This document shows, piece by piece, positions 1 to 7,461 of a stretch of DNA of 62,614 nucleotides. The first letter of the stretch is position 1. Each line of letters begins with the position of its first letter. Below the pieces are notes generated by a model that was given only the letters and a program-made list of their open reading frames with translations, ran no database searches and was not told the origin of the DNA. Origin of the DNA: Lachnospiraceae bacterium (GTDB lineage Bacteria; Bacillota; Clostridia; Lachnospirales; Bianqueaceae); the NCBI GenBank assembly GCA_021442595.1, contig JABUST010000218.1, positions 1 through 62,614 on the forward strand. The letters are read 5' to 3'. The position numbers and the translations under genes were made by a program.

Positions 1-3
1 GCT

Positions 4-139
4 TTCGAACCATGCGAGTTTGCGCGGGTCGCAGATTCGTATGGTTCGAAATTCATGCCGCGCAAACAACGCGGGGCGTTTGAGAAGACGCATTTTTGAA
101 CTATGCAAGTTTGCGCGGTGCGTAAACCTGTATAGTTCG
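4..139. repeat. two nested inverted-repeat hairpins with an AGTTTGCGC-type inner core
   Basis: The perfect 10-bp outer stem ttcgaaccat (4-13) / atggttcgaa (41-50) encloses gcgagtttgcgcgg..cgcagattcg. A second outer stem gaactat (98-104) / atagttc (132-138) encloses caagtttgcgcggtgcgtaaacctg. The agtttgc..gcaaac theme recurs in the tRNA-Arg leaders at 47013-47188 and 48861-48983. Confidence 0.5.
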
Positions 140-162
140 CTTTTGAACTTAGTCTGTGAACC

Positions 163-223
163 TCTTTGCGGGGCCGAACCGGTGAGATTCCGGTACCGAC
201 GGTACAGTCCGGATGGGAAAAGA
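163..223 (+). promoter_or_regulatory. FMN (RFN) riboswitch-like element, atypically short
   Basis: The element tctttGCGGGGCcgaaCCGGTGAGATTCCGGTACCGACGGTACAGTCCGGATGGGaaaaga carries RFN signature strings (GGGGC, GGTGAnATTCC, ACCGACnGTA, AGTCnGGATGGGA). A P1-like pairing tcttt/aaaga closes it. It is followed by an intrinsic terminator and by ribU. Only one of the two pseudo-symmetric halves of a normal RFN aptamer is present. Confidence 0.5.
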
Positions 224-260
224 CGATCGATTCATATACAGGCTTTGCTCCTGATATAGA

Positions 261-299
261 AAGATCCCGAGGCTGATGTGTTAGCTTCGGGATTTTTCT
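261..299 (+). terminator. intrinsic terminator (likely expression platform of the upstream riboswitch-like element)
   Basis: An 11-bp stem atcccgaggct / agcttcgggat (one G-U pair) with loop gatgtgtt, followed by tttttct. Confidence 0.75.
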
Positions 300-381
300 A
301 TTATTCTGCTTCTGCGCAGTATTCGGGCATTTTTCCCGTTAACACTCTTATGGCAGAAGCCACATCGGAAAGGAGCATCAG

Positions 382-972
382 ATGAAATCTACCAAACACA
401 CCCGTATGATTGCAGGCTGCGGCATGCTGACAGCCGTCGCAGTGGTATTGCAGTACATTGAAATTGCCATCCCTCTTATGCCCAGCTTTGTTAAGCTGGA
501 CTTCTCTGACTTACCGGAGCTGATCGGCGCTTTTGCCTATGGTCCTTTAGCCGGGGCAGCCATCGCTGTTGTCAAAAATCTGATTCACGTGGTAGTCTCT
601 CAAAGTGCCGGTATCGGGGAACTCTCCAATGCTCTTCTGGGCATTGCCTTTGCTGTTTTTGCCGGTCTTGTTTACAAAATTAAGAAGACACGGAAAACCG
701 CCCTGTTGGCAGGATCCTGTGCCGCTGCTGTCATGGCTCTCGTCAGCTGGCCCCTCAACTATTTCATCATTTACCCTCTGTATTACAGTGTCATGGGCTT
801 TCCGGAGGTCGCCATTTTGGGCATGTATCAGGCACTGCTGCCCGCTGTAAGCAGTATCGCTCAGGCACTTTTGATCTTTAATGTTCCCTTCACCCTTGTC
901 AAAGGCCTCCTGTGTGTTGCCATTGCTATGGTCATATATAAGCCTTTGTCCCATGTGTTGAAGAAGAAGTGA
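382..972 (+). CDS. ribU: riboflavin transporter, ECF-type S component RibU
   Basis: A 196-aa polytopic membrane protein. The KLDFSDLPELIGAFAYGPLAGA motif is typical of RibU. It lies downstream of an RFN-like leader, and the RBS ggaaaggag precedes the ATG. Confidence 0.85.
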   Translation: MKSTKHTRMIAGCGMLTAVAVVLQYIEIAIPLMPSFVKLDFSDLPELIGAFAYGPLAGAAIAVVKNLIHVVVSQSAGIGELSNALLGIAFAVFAGLVYKIKKTRKTALLAGSCAAAVMALVSWPLNYFIIYPLYYSVMGFPEVAILGMYQALLPAVSSIAQALLIFNVPFTLVKGLLCVAIAMVIYKPLSHVLKKK

Positions 973-991
973 CTGCATCTATAAGACCTTG

Positions 992-1813
992 TCATTTCCA
1001 GTGAGGACATCTATCCTCAAGTTCTGCTTCTGAAATCATTTCTCTTGTCTCTAACAATTTGCTTTCCATTTTTTTCAATTCCAGTAATATTTCTTCCAAA
1101 GTCGATACTCCTATTGGCGGATAAACCTTTTCTCTCAACAACTCGAAAACCAGCATGTCTATGATATTTGCACTACTGGATAACTGCTTTCCAAACGTCT
1201 TTATTTTTGAAGCATCACATTGCTTCACCAGCCATTGTCCCAGCAAATGCCTCCTGCAGGCCAAATCGTTTAATTTCCATGTCAAAATATCTGCTTCCGA
1301 CTTATAGCTGAACTGTCTGCTTTTTCGTCCCAAGTCCCGATTATGAAATGTCACATACTCACGAAAACACTTAATAGCTTCAAGCCCACTAACTTCACAA
1401 ATGCCATCTGGTTGCGATGTTTCTGTCAACTCTCTTCCAAATCTCTTAACAAACAGATACGGGTACTCTCCTGCATAGAGAGGAATATCGGTGGATTTTT
1501 GATAAACAGACATTTCAAATTTCATTTGCAGCCCGCGATACAATTCTTCTTTTGTGATGAGTCCCAATTCATGATTCCTCTCATATGGAACAAAGCCTTT
1601 TGAATGTCTGCGAAGCGAATCAAAAAAAACATATCGGTCCCCAGTCTTTTTCAACAAAGCAAAGATATGACTTGTTGCTTTTTCATCAAGCATTTCTCTG
1701 GAATCGGCATCTAAGTCTGAAAAAGGCATCACCGGAAATATCGTACTAATGTAGACCTCCATCCCTGAACTTAGGAAATCATTCATCAATCCATATTCCC
1801 GTAATATCTCCAT
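992..1813 (-). CDS. hypothetical soluble protein, last gene of the RiPP-like operon
   Basis: A 273-aa ORF in the low-GC island, co-directional with the preceding ORF and overlapping it by 35 nt. It has no TM segments and no motif I recognise. The start is uncertain; alternative ATGs lie at 1786 and 1762. Confidence 0.55.
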   Translation of the reverse strand: MEILREYGLMNDFLSSGMEVYISTIFPVMPFSDLDADSREMLDEKATSHIFALLKKTGDRYVFFDSLRRHSKGFVPYERNHELGLITKEELYRGLQMKFEMSVYQKSTDIPLYAGEYPYLFVKRFGRELTETSQPDGICEVSGLEAIKCFREYVTFHNRDLGRKSRQFSYKSEADILTWKLNDLACRRHLLGQWLVKQCDASKIKTFGKQLSSSANIIDMLVFELLREKVYPPIGVSTLEEILLELKKMESKLLETREMISEAELEDRCPHWK

Positions 1814-2132
1814 CCTTATTTATCTCGTCATAAACGCCTTTGTCCGGCCAAACAATAATAATATCATTTGGCTGGCTGCTTATCTCAAATCGGTTCTCCC
1901 ATAAAACACATTCAATACTTATTGCAATTCCCAGATCTGCAAAAGACTCTTTTATCCCCCAGTAGTACCAGGCATCTGGTTCGGAGGATGAAACTAAAAA
2001 TACTCTTTTTTTCTCTTGGCATACTTCGGCTTTAATGTTGATATTTTCTATAAACCCCAGTAAAGGAGGAGATGTTATCGTAAGGTCGGATACGGCACTA
2101 ATCATCTTTATATTCTGATTACTTTCTGACAT
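1779..2132 (-). CDS. hypothetical small soluble protein in the RiPP-like operon
   Basis: A 117-aa ORF whose start overlaps the end of the upstream ABC gene by 25 nt, suggesting translational coupling. No recognisable motif and no TM segment. Confidence 0.5.
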   Translation of the reverse strand: MSESNQNIKMISAVSDLTITSPPLLGFIENINIKAEVCQEKKRVFLVSSSEPDAWYYWGIKESFADLGIAISIECVLWENRFEISSQPNDIIIVWPDKGVYDEINKDGDITGIWIDE

Positions 2133-3751
2133 GCCGAAAGCACCTGCTCATCGTGAGATATTATAAAAACAATAGTTCCGGTTTTCGCATCGTCGGATAA
2201 AGTCTCAAGAACATCGTTCTTCATTTCTTTATCCAGAGCCGAGAGAGATTCATCAAAAATCCTTATCCTCGCTGTTTTTATCAGAGCCCTCATGATGGAT
2301 AACAATTGTAATTCTCCTCCGGACAGACCTGACTCTCCTTCTCCGAGAACGCGCTCCGTTCCTCCAAGCATACCGATCCATCGTTCAAAAAGAGGATTAT
2401 CGTTTCTTTCCGACATATCCATGTCCAACAACAAATTTTCTTCAATTGTTCCGCCAATCCAAAAGGCTTCCTGCCCCACATAGGATATCAATTCCTGAAA
2501 ATCTGTACGGGAATAGTCGGAAATCTGATTACCAAATACAGAAAGCTCTCCCTCAAACGGATACAATCCCATCAACAGTTTCATCAATGTGCTTTTTCCT
2601 TTGCCGCTTTCTCCGGAGACTCCGTACAGACCGGGACCGGCAACACGGAGATTGATGCCATTAAGAATATCTTCTTCCGCCTTGGGATATGAAAAGCACA
2701 GGTCCTTCACAATAATACTATTATCTGTTTGTACTGATCTCTGCTTTGAAATATCCTCTCTCTCCTGAGGAAGCTCCAGTATTTCAATTACCCTTTTTAC
2801 GCCCACCCAGGACTCTGCTAATGCTTTATATACGTCCCCAAAAGAAATCAATGTATTCACAACCATACCCATCATGGGCAAGGCTACAAGGATTTCCGGA
2901 ATTGAAATATTCCCTCTCGAAAACCAGACTGCGCATATTGCAAGCCCGATTCCATATTGGGTCACTAACGGAGCCTTCCCCAACAGTGTGATTATTGAAT
3001 CTAAGCTGTCTTTTTTTAGCTCCATATCCATACAGACTTGATTACGCTCATCAATTTTATCTTGCAAATACTCTTCATGCCCACAAAGAAGAACACTTTC
3101 TTTTTTCTCAAGGCAGACATCCAAAAACTTGGTAATCTCCGATTTTGCGATAGAAATTCTATTCCTGAGGACTTCTATTCGTTTTGTAATGAGAGACATA
3201 CCTCCTAAAAACAGCAGCCCTGTTATGAATGAAACTCCCACCAGCATTCCTGTCTGATCTATAAAAAACAAACTAACGGCAGCAAGGATGCCCGAGAATG
3301 CACTCATTATCGGGGATAACACCTGATATCGAAGCACCCCGTGCACAAGATCCAAATCATTGTTCACCCGGGAGATATAATCAGCACGATCCGTTTCTCT
3401 TCCCAAATATCTCATGTCTGCATTCACAACACAATGAGTCATGGTTTTCCTGGTATGAGTAATCAATTGATGTGCTATAACATGAAGAAAGTACTGAGAC
3501 AACGCATCAAAAACACAAAACAAAATAATAGCTGCAGTAAGAGCAATCCAGCCTGATGCATTCTCTCCCACACCTGTCCCTTCTATCACCTGTCCGGCAA
3601 TCTTCGAGGAAAAAAAAGCATTTAAAAAGACTATCCCAAAATTCCTTAAGGATACTCCGGTAAGTGCGGAAATGTATTTTGTTCCGTATTTTCTCCAGAT
3701 ATTCCTGCTTCGTCGGATGTCTGAAACCATAGTTTTAAATGTTGATAACAT
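2108..3751 (-). CDS. ABC transporter, fused permease/ATP-binding half-transporter
   Basis: Has an N-terminal TM domain, Walker A GESGKGKST, signature LSGGELQ and Walker B RIFDESLSALD. I moved the start to ATG 3751 (MLSTF...) because the RBS aaaggaggg sits just upstream. The ORF-track start is 3811. Confidence 0.85.
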   Translation of the reverse strand: MLSTFKTMVSDIRRSRNIWRKYGTKYISALTGVSLRNFGIVFLNAFFSSKIAGQVIEGTGVGENASGWIALTAAIILFCVFDALSQYFLHVIAHQLITHTRKTMTHCVVNADMRYLGRETDRADYISRVNNDLDLVHGVLRYQVLSPIMSAFSGILAAVSLFFIDQTGMLVGVSFITGLLFLGGMSLITKRIEVLRNRISIAKSEITKFLDVCLEKKESVLLCGHEEYLQDKIDERNQVCMDMELKKDSLDSIITLLGKAPLVTQYGIGLAICAVWFSRGNISIPEILVALPMMGMVVNTLISFGDVYKALAESWVGVKRVIEILELPQEREDISKQRSVQTDNSIIVKDLCFSYPKAEEDILNGINLRVAGPGLYGVSGESGKGKSTLMKLLMGLYPFEGELSVFGNQISDYSRTDFQELISYVGQEAFWIGGTIEENLLLDMDMSERNDNPLFERWIGMLGGTERVLGEGESGLSGGELQLLSIMRALIKTARIRIFDESLSALDKEMKNDVLETLSDDAKTGTIVFIISHDEQVLSACQKVIRI

Positions 3752-5339
3752 ATCCATCCCTCCTTTCCAGATTCTCATGCGAGATAATAACCACAATATT
3801 GTCCCTTGCAAGTTCTGATAAATGGCTTAAGATAGTTTCTTTATTGTCTCCTCCAAATGAAGAAAACGGCTCATCATATAGGAAAATAAAAGCATTTTCT
3901 TTCATCCAGCTTCTGGCTATTGACAGCCGTTTTCTCTGTCCGCCTGACAATGGTTTTCCATTACTGTATAATTCTGTATTCAGCCCCGCCTCCAGCTTGT
4001 TTACTTCATTCAGCAGTCCAACTTCCTCTAAGAATATCCTTGCCTTCTTTTCTCCCAGGTCTGTGTGAGGTGTTTCCACAAACAAATTACCCAGGATCGT
4101 ATCAGGATAGATCAGATCATCCTGCGGGCATACTGAAACCCGATGTATCCATTCGCTGCGTTCAAGATTCTTCAGATTAATGTCATCCAGCATGACGTCC
4201 CCTGAATAATTTTGAAGCGATTTAGTCAATACTTTAAATAATGTACTCTTCCCTTTTCCGTTTTTCCCCTGAAGGTAATTAATCTTTCCTTTCCTGAAAA
4301 CAACTTGATCTACGAACACCACCTTCCCGTTACTGTATTCAATCTTTAGGTTGCTGATGCTAATAACATCCGGGCAGGCCTCCAACCCGGAATAACCATA
4401 ATCCATATTATCTTTCTTTGTGTTCTTGAAAAGGCTTTCTGCCCTATTTAAGCTTGCTTTAGCTCTTTGAAAACTGCTGATAGTTCCATCTAATGTCATT
4501 ACAAAGTCTTCTACAATATCAACTGTAAAGATGGTCAGAAGAAGGTCTGCGGTAGAAATCAATCCTTTTGCACGCAGCACACCTGCCATTCCTGCCATAC
4601 AAATCATCACTACAAAGCTGAACAAACACATGGGTCCGGATATCCATGCTTCTTTGGCAGCGGCTGTTTTATCTGCCTGGTTCAGCGTCTTCAGTTTTTT
4701 GTCATAACTATCTTCCAAAAGCTTTCTGTTCCGAAGCATTTTCAGCATTTCTATATTTCTCAGCCACCTCCCCTCCTCGCATAGTACGAGGTCAAGGACT
4801 TCATAGTATCCCGCGTAATAACCCGGGAGTTTTTTCCCTAAGAACATCAGATACAAAAATACTACCCCTGAGCAAACCACCACTGTCATTCCAAGAATCA
4901 CATGTCTCGAAAACAGAACACAAAGCACCAAACAATAACAAACTAAATTCGGAAAGAAAACACCCCAGAATCTTCTGAAGAATTTCACCAAATTGCTTGT
5001 GTCTACCTGTATTTTATTAATACTCGCCTCTTCATCCTTATTCTCAGCGCTGTATTCCAGAAGTTCTCGCTCTATCCTACTTTGCATGCTCCAGGAAAAC
5101 TCTGTTGCCTGCCGAAGCATAAGTCTGTTGCTCAAATATGAAAAAACAATATATGCTGTCATTATGCCAAGCATTTTGAAAATCCATTCTGTCCAGGCAT
5201 TTTGAATAAATGCTTCTTCCATCCCGGAAGCTGATAACCTCCAGAGAATAGAACAGATTGCACTCATACATGTCACGAAGCATAAAATCAGGTTCTTCCG
5301 TTGGTTCCCCATATAGACCAATACACTGTTTTTTCTCAT
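3735..5339 (-). CDS. ABC transporter, fused permease/ATP-binding half-transporter
   Basis: A 534-aa protein with a TM domain, Walker A GKNGKGKST, signature LSGGQRKRLSIARS and Walker B FLYDEPFSSF. Its start overlaps the stop of the upstream gene by 4 nt (ATGA). Confidence 0.85.
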   Translation of the reverse strand: MRKNSVLVYMGNQRKNLILCFVTCMSAICSILWRLSASGMEEAFIQNAWTEWIFKMLGIMTAYIVFSYLSNRLMLRQATEFSWSMQSRIERELLEYSAENKDEEASINKIQVDTSNLVKFFRRFWGVFFPNLVCYCLVLCVLFSRHVILGMTVVVCSGVVFLYLMFLGKKLPGYYAGYYEVLDLVLCEEGRWLRNIEMLKMLRNRKLLEDSYDKKLKTLNQADKTAAAKEAWISGPMCLFSFVVMICMAGMAGVLRAKGLISTADLLLTIFTVDIVEDFVMTLDGTISSFQRAKASLNRAESLFKNTKKDNMDYGYSGLEACPDVISISNLKIEYSNGKVVFVDQVVFRKGKINYLQGKNGKGKSTLFKVLTKSLQNYSGDVMLDDINLKNLERSEWIHRVSVCPQDDLIYPDTILGNLFVETPHTDLGEKKARIFLEEVGLLNEVNKLEAGLNTELYSNGKPLSGGQRKRLSIARSWMKENAFIFLYDEPFSSFGGDNKETILSHLSELARDNIVVIISHENLERRDGYVINI

Positions 5340-6196
5340 AACAGATACTCCTTGAAAAACTCCGTTGTTTGGGGTTCAAGTCTAAACGATAATTCCCTTA
5401 CCGGAATTGTTTTTGAAATCGTCTGCAGCAAATCAACAGATGTCAGAAGATTCTCGGCATGTCCATATGGCAGAAGCGATATTGTTAAGAGTTTCCGGCA
5501 TGCTTCCTCCTTTGAATACTGTTGCAAGACGTTATCCTTGCCATGTTTTAGCAAGATTATTTCATAAAGCCTTTCTTTTTGATTTTTACACTCATGATTC
5601 TTTCTGTCAAATGGATTTCCGTATATCCAAAGTTGGCCCTCTTCTTGTCTTATGATAATCCTGTCATCTGTCAGGAGACTAAATTCCTTATGCTTAATCA
5701 ACATTTGAGAAAGTGTCGTCTTTCCAACCCCGGAGGATCCCGTCAAAACAATGGCCCTCCCTTCATGGATTACCGTTGCGCCATGCATAATAAACCCTTT
5801 TTTCTTTTTATTCAGTTCCTGTTGCAGAATAAACCCGGTCATAGCAATTGGCAGAATCTGTGGGAAATACTCCTCCTGTGTCACATATGTTGTATATATG
5901 TAATCCTCTTTCGTGAAGCAAATCAAACCGATGAAATGTTCATCCGGATGAAATACGGCTGTAATTCTATTCCCTTTCTCATGCCAAGTCCAAGCAGGCG
6001 TATGATAAATTGCTTCTCCTTTATCATCCAAATCTATGGCATCGTTGATGTGAAATATGTGATTTATAATATCCGTACTGCTATTTGATATCAAGAAGTT
6101 ACGAATGGTACTTTCCTCAATGTAATCCATCTCAAAATGATACAAATACGCAAAGGATATGCCTGCAATTTCAAAATGAACTTCCTTATCCACCAT
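5336..6196 (-). CDS. HPr kinase-like (HprK C-terminal domain-like) P-loop protein
   Basis: The segment HGATVIHEGRAIVLTGSSGVGKTTLSQMLI...LLTDDRIII resembles the HprK/P catalytic core (HG..v...G.gvLi.G.SG.GKS...L...LvaDD). About 140 aa at the N-terminus have no feature I recognise. It overlaps the rSAM gene by 11 nt. Confidence 0.7.
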   Translation of the reverse strand: MVDKEVHFEIAGISFAYLYHFEMDYIEESTIRNFLISNSSTDIINHIFHINDAIDLDDKGEAIYHTPAWTWHEKGNRITAVFHPDEHFIGLICFTKEDYIYTTYVTQEEYFPQILPIAMTGFILQQELNKKKKGFIMHGATVIHEGRAIVLTGSSGVGKTTLSQMLIKHKEFSLLTDDRIIIRQEEGQLWIYGNPFDRKNHECKNQKERLYEIILLKHGKDNVLQQYSKEEACRKLLTISLLPYGHAENLLTSVDLLQTISKTIPVRELSFRLEPQTTEFFKEYLL

Positions 6197-7238
6197 AGCT
6201 CACCTTCACCCCCTGTACATACTTTTTTAACTTTTGGGCATAGCTGCAGGCCCACTCCGGTGGATTTTTTGTGGACAGACCTTCTGCCTCAAACCGACCC
6301 GGACAATATCGACAAAACGGTCGTTCCTCACAATCATAACATTGATCTGCCGGCGTTAATGTCCCTTCTTTATACATTGCTAGAGCCTGGGCCGCCTGTT
6401 TCAATGATGTCTCTTCGGTGATTTGATATCCCGGTGTACGCACCGCAACACATAAACCTGCTCGCAAAGAAGCGTCGATAAATAGAGATGTTTCACCTGC
6501 ATCACAAGTATATTTTTCGTTAGTTCTATCCATCGGGATATTGCTGCGTAGTTTTTCAATATAATGCTCATTTTCGCACACCAACTTCACTGCTTCCAAA
6601 CTGCTTACCTGAAAGCTCTGCGAATTGACAGATGTTCTGTCTATGCAAGGAATCACTAATGTATCATATCGAAACGGCACATGATGTTGCTTGGAAAATT
6701 CCAAGTAATCGGATAGTCGTTCACTTTCTGTTGTAATTGTAGTCTTTAGGGTATAAGCTATATGGTTTTCATCTAACTGCTCCAGTACTCTTGAAAAATG
6801 ATCAAACGCCCCCTTCCGTTGGACAATTGCATCATATGCGTCCGCCGTCGTCCCATATAAGGTTATTTCCAGTGCATACGGAGGGTTTTTCTTCCACTCA
6901 TCAATCCATTTCTCAGAAATCAAAGAGCCATTTGTAAATACTGAAACAAAGGGAATCTTTTGTTTTGCGTATCTGTAAAACCAAAGAAACTCCGGATGAG
7001 ATAGTGGTTCTCCACCACTTAATGTAAGATAAAGAACTCCTTCCTGCTGCATCTTATCAACACACAGGGTAAACTTCTCCTTCGATATTACTTTTCCAAG
7101 ATCAGAATGGATATAGCAATACGGACAATCATAATTACACCGCTCTGTTACCTCAAGGTGCACATCAAGAATCTTGTGCTCGAAGTTCGCGTGTAGTAGT
7201 TCCCTAAATTCTCCTTTCCCCATGTTCCTATAAATCAT
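6186..7238 (-). CDS. radical SAM / SPASM-domain peptide-modifying enzyme
   Basis: The CNYDCPYC motif (C34-x3-C38-x2-C41) is a radical SAM cluster site. The C-terminal Cys-rich region CDAGETSLFIDASLRAGLC ... CYDCEERPFCRYC ... EWAC is SPASM-like with 7 Cys. A GGEPL motif is present. The RBS gggag lies 9 nt upstream of the ATG. Confidence 0.9.
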   Translation of the reverse strand: MIYRNMGKGEFRELLHANFEHKILDVHLEVTERCNYDCPYCYIHSDLGKVISKEKFTLCVDKMQQEGVLYLTLSGGEPLSHPEFLWFYRYAKQKIPFVSVFTNGSLISEKWIDEWKKNPPYALEITLYGTTADAYDAIVQRKGAFDHFSRVLEQLDENHIAYTLKTTITTESERLSDYLEFSKQHHVPFRYDTLVIPCIDRTSVNSQSFQVSSLEAVKLVCENEHYIEKLRSNIPMDRTNEKYTCDAGETSLFIDASLRAGLCVAVRTPGYQITEETSLKQAAQALAMYKEGTLTPADQCYDCEERPFCRYCPGRFEAEGLSTKNPPEWACSYAQKLKKYVQGVKVSYGG

Positions 7239-7300
7239 TGTTGATCACTCCCAGTTTTAATAAAGAGGTCAAAAATTCATTTATATCCTCCTCGGATAAG

Positions 7301-7321
7301 GTCTGCCCTTAGGGCAGACCT
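7301..7321 (-). promoter_or_regulatory. perfect stem-loop between the precursor ORF and the rSAM gene (attenuator or processing hairpin)
   Basis: On the minus strand, ggtctgccc-taa-gggcagacc forms a 9-bp GC-rich stem. It starts 10 nt after the peptide stop codon and has no following U-run. Confidence 0.6.
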
Positions 7322-7330
7322 TTGAACACT

Positions 7331-7435
7331 TCAACAAGATGATGGAACTGCTCGCCAACAGCCTAATGAAATTGTCTCATCTGCAACCAGTTCGATAATT
7401 TCTATGGTCGGCTTTTCATATACCTTTTTTTCCAT
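7331..7435 (-). CDS. candidate RiPP precursor peptide (34 aa), not in the ORF track
   Basis: My own translation of the minus strand gives atg gaa aaa aag gta tat ... tct tgt tga = MEKKVYEKPTIEIIELVADETISLGCWRAVPSSC. The RBS gaggagga ends about 10 nt upstream. The ORF lies directly upstream of the rSAM/SPASM gene. It has an acidic leader-like N-terminus and a Cys/Trp-containing C-terminus. Confidence 0.6.
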   Translation of the reverse strand: MEKKVYEKPTIEIIELVADETISLGCWRAVPSSC

Positions 7436-7461
7436 GAATCATGTTCCTCCTCTCTGAAAAA

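Noticed and set aside
20-259. A 79-aa plus-strand ORF at the window start.
   Set aside because: It spans the nested hairpin repeats and the RFN-like element. Its composition is Arg-rich and non-protein-like.
7269-7280. A 3-codon mini-ORF (MNF) with a good RBS (gaggagga), between the hairpin and the rSAM gene.
   Set aside because: It is too short to be meaningful as a product. It may at most be a coupling or leader element, and cannot be supported from sequence alone.
7416-7442. An 8-codon ORF (MIHGKKGI) starting 3 nt after the same RBS as the precursor ORF.
   Set aside because: The RBS-to-ATG spacing is too short and the peptide is trivially small. The overlapping +1 frame gives the 34-aa peptide with better spacing.
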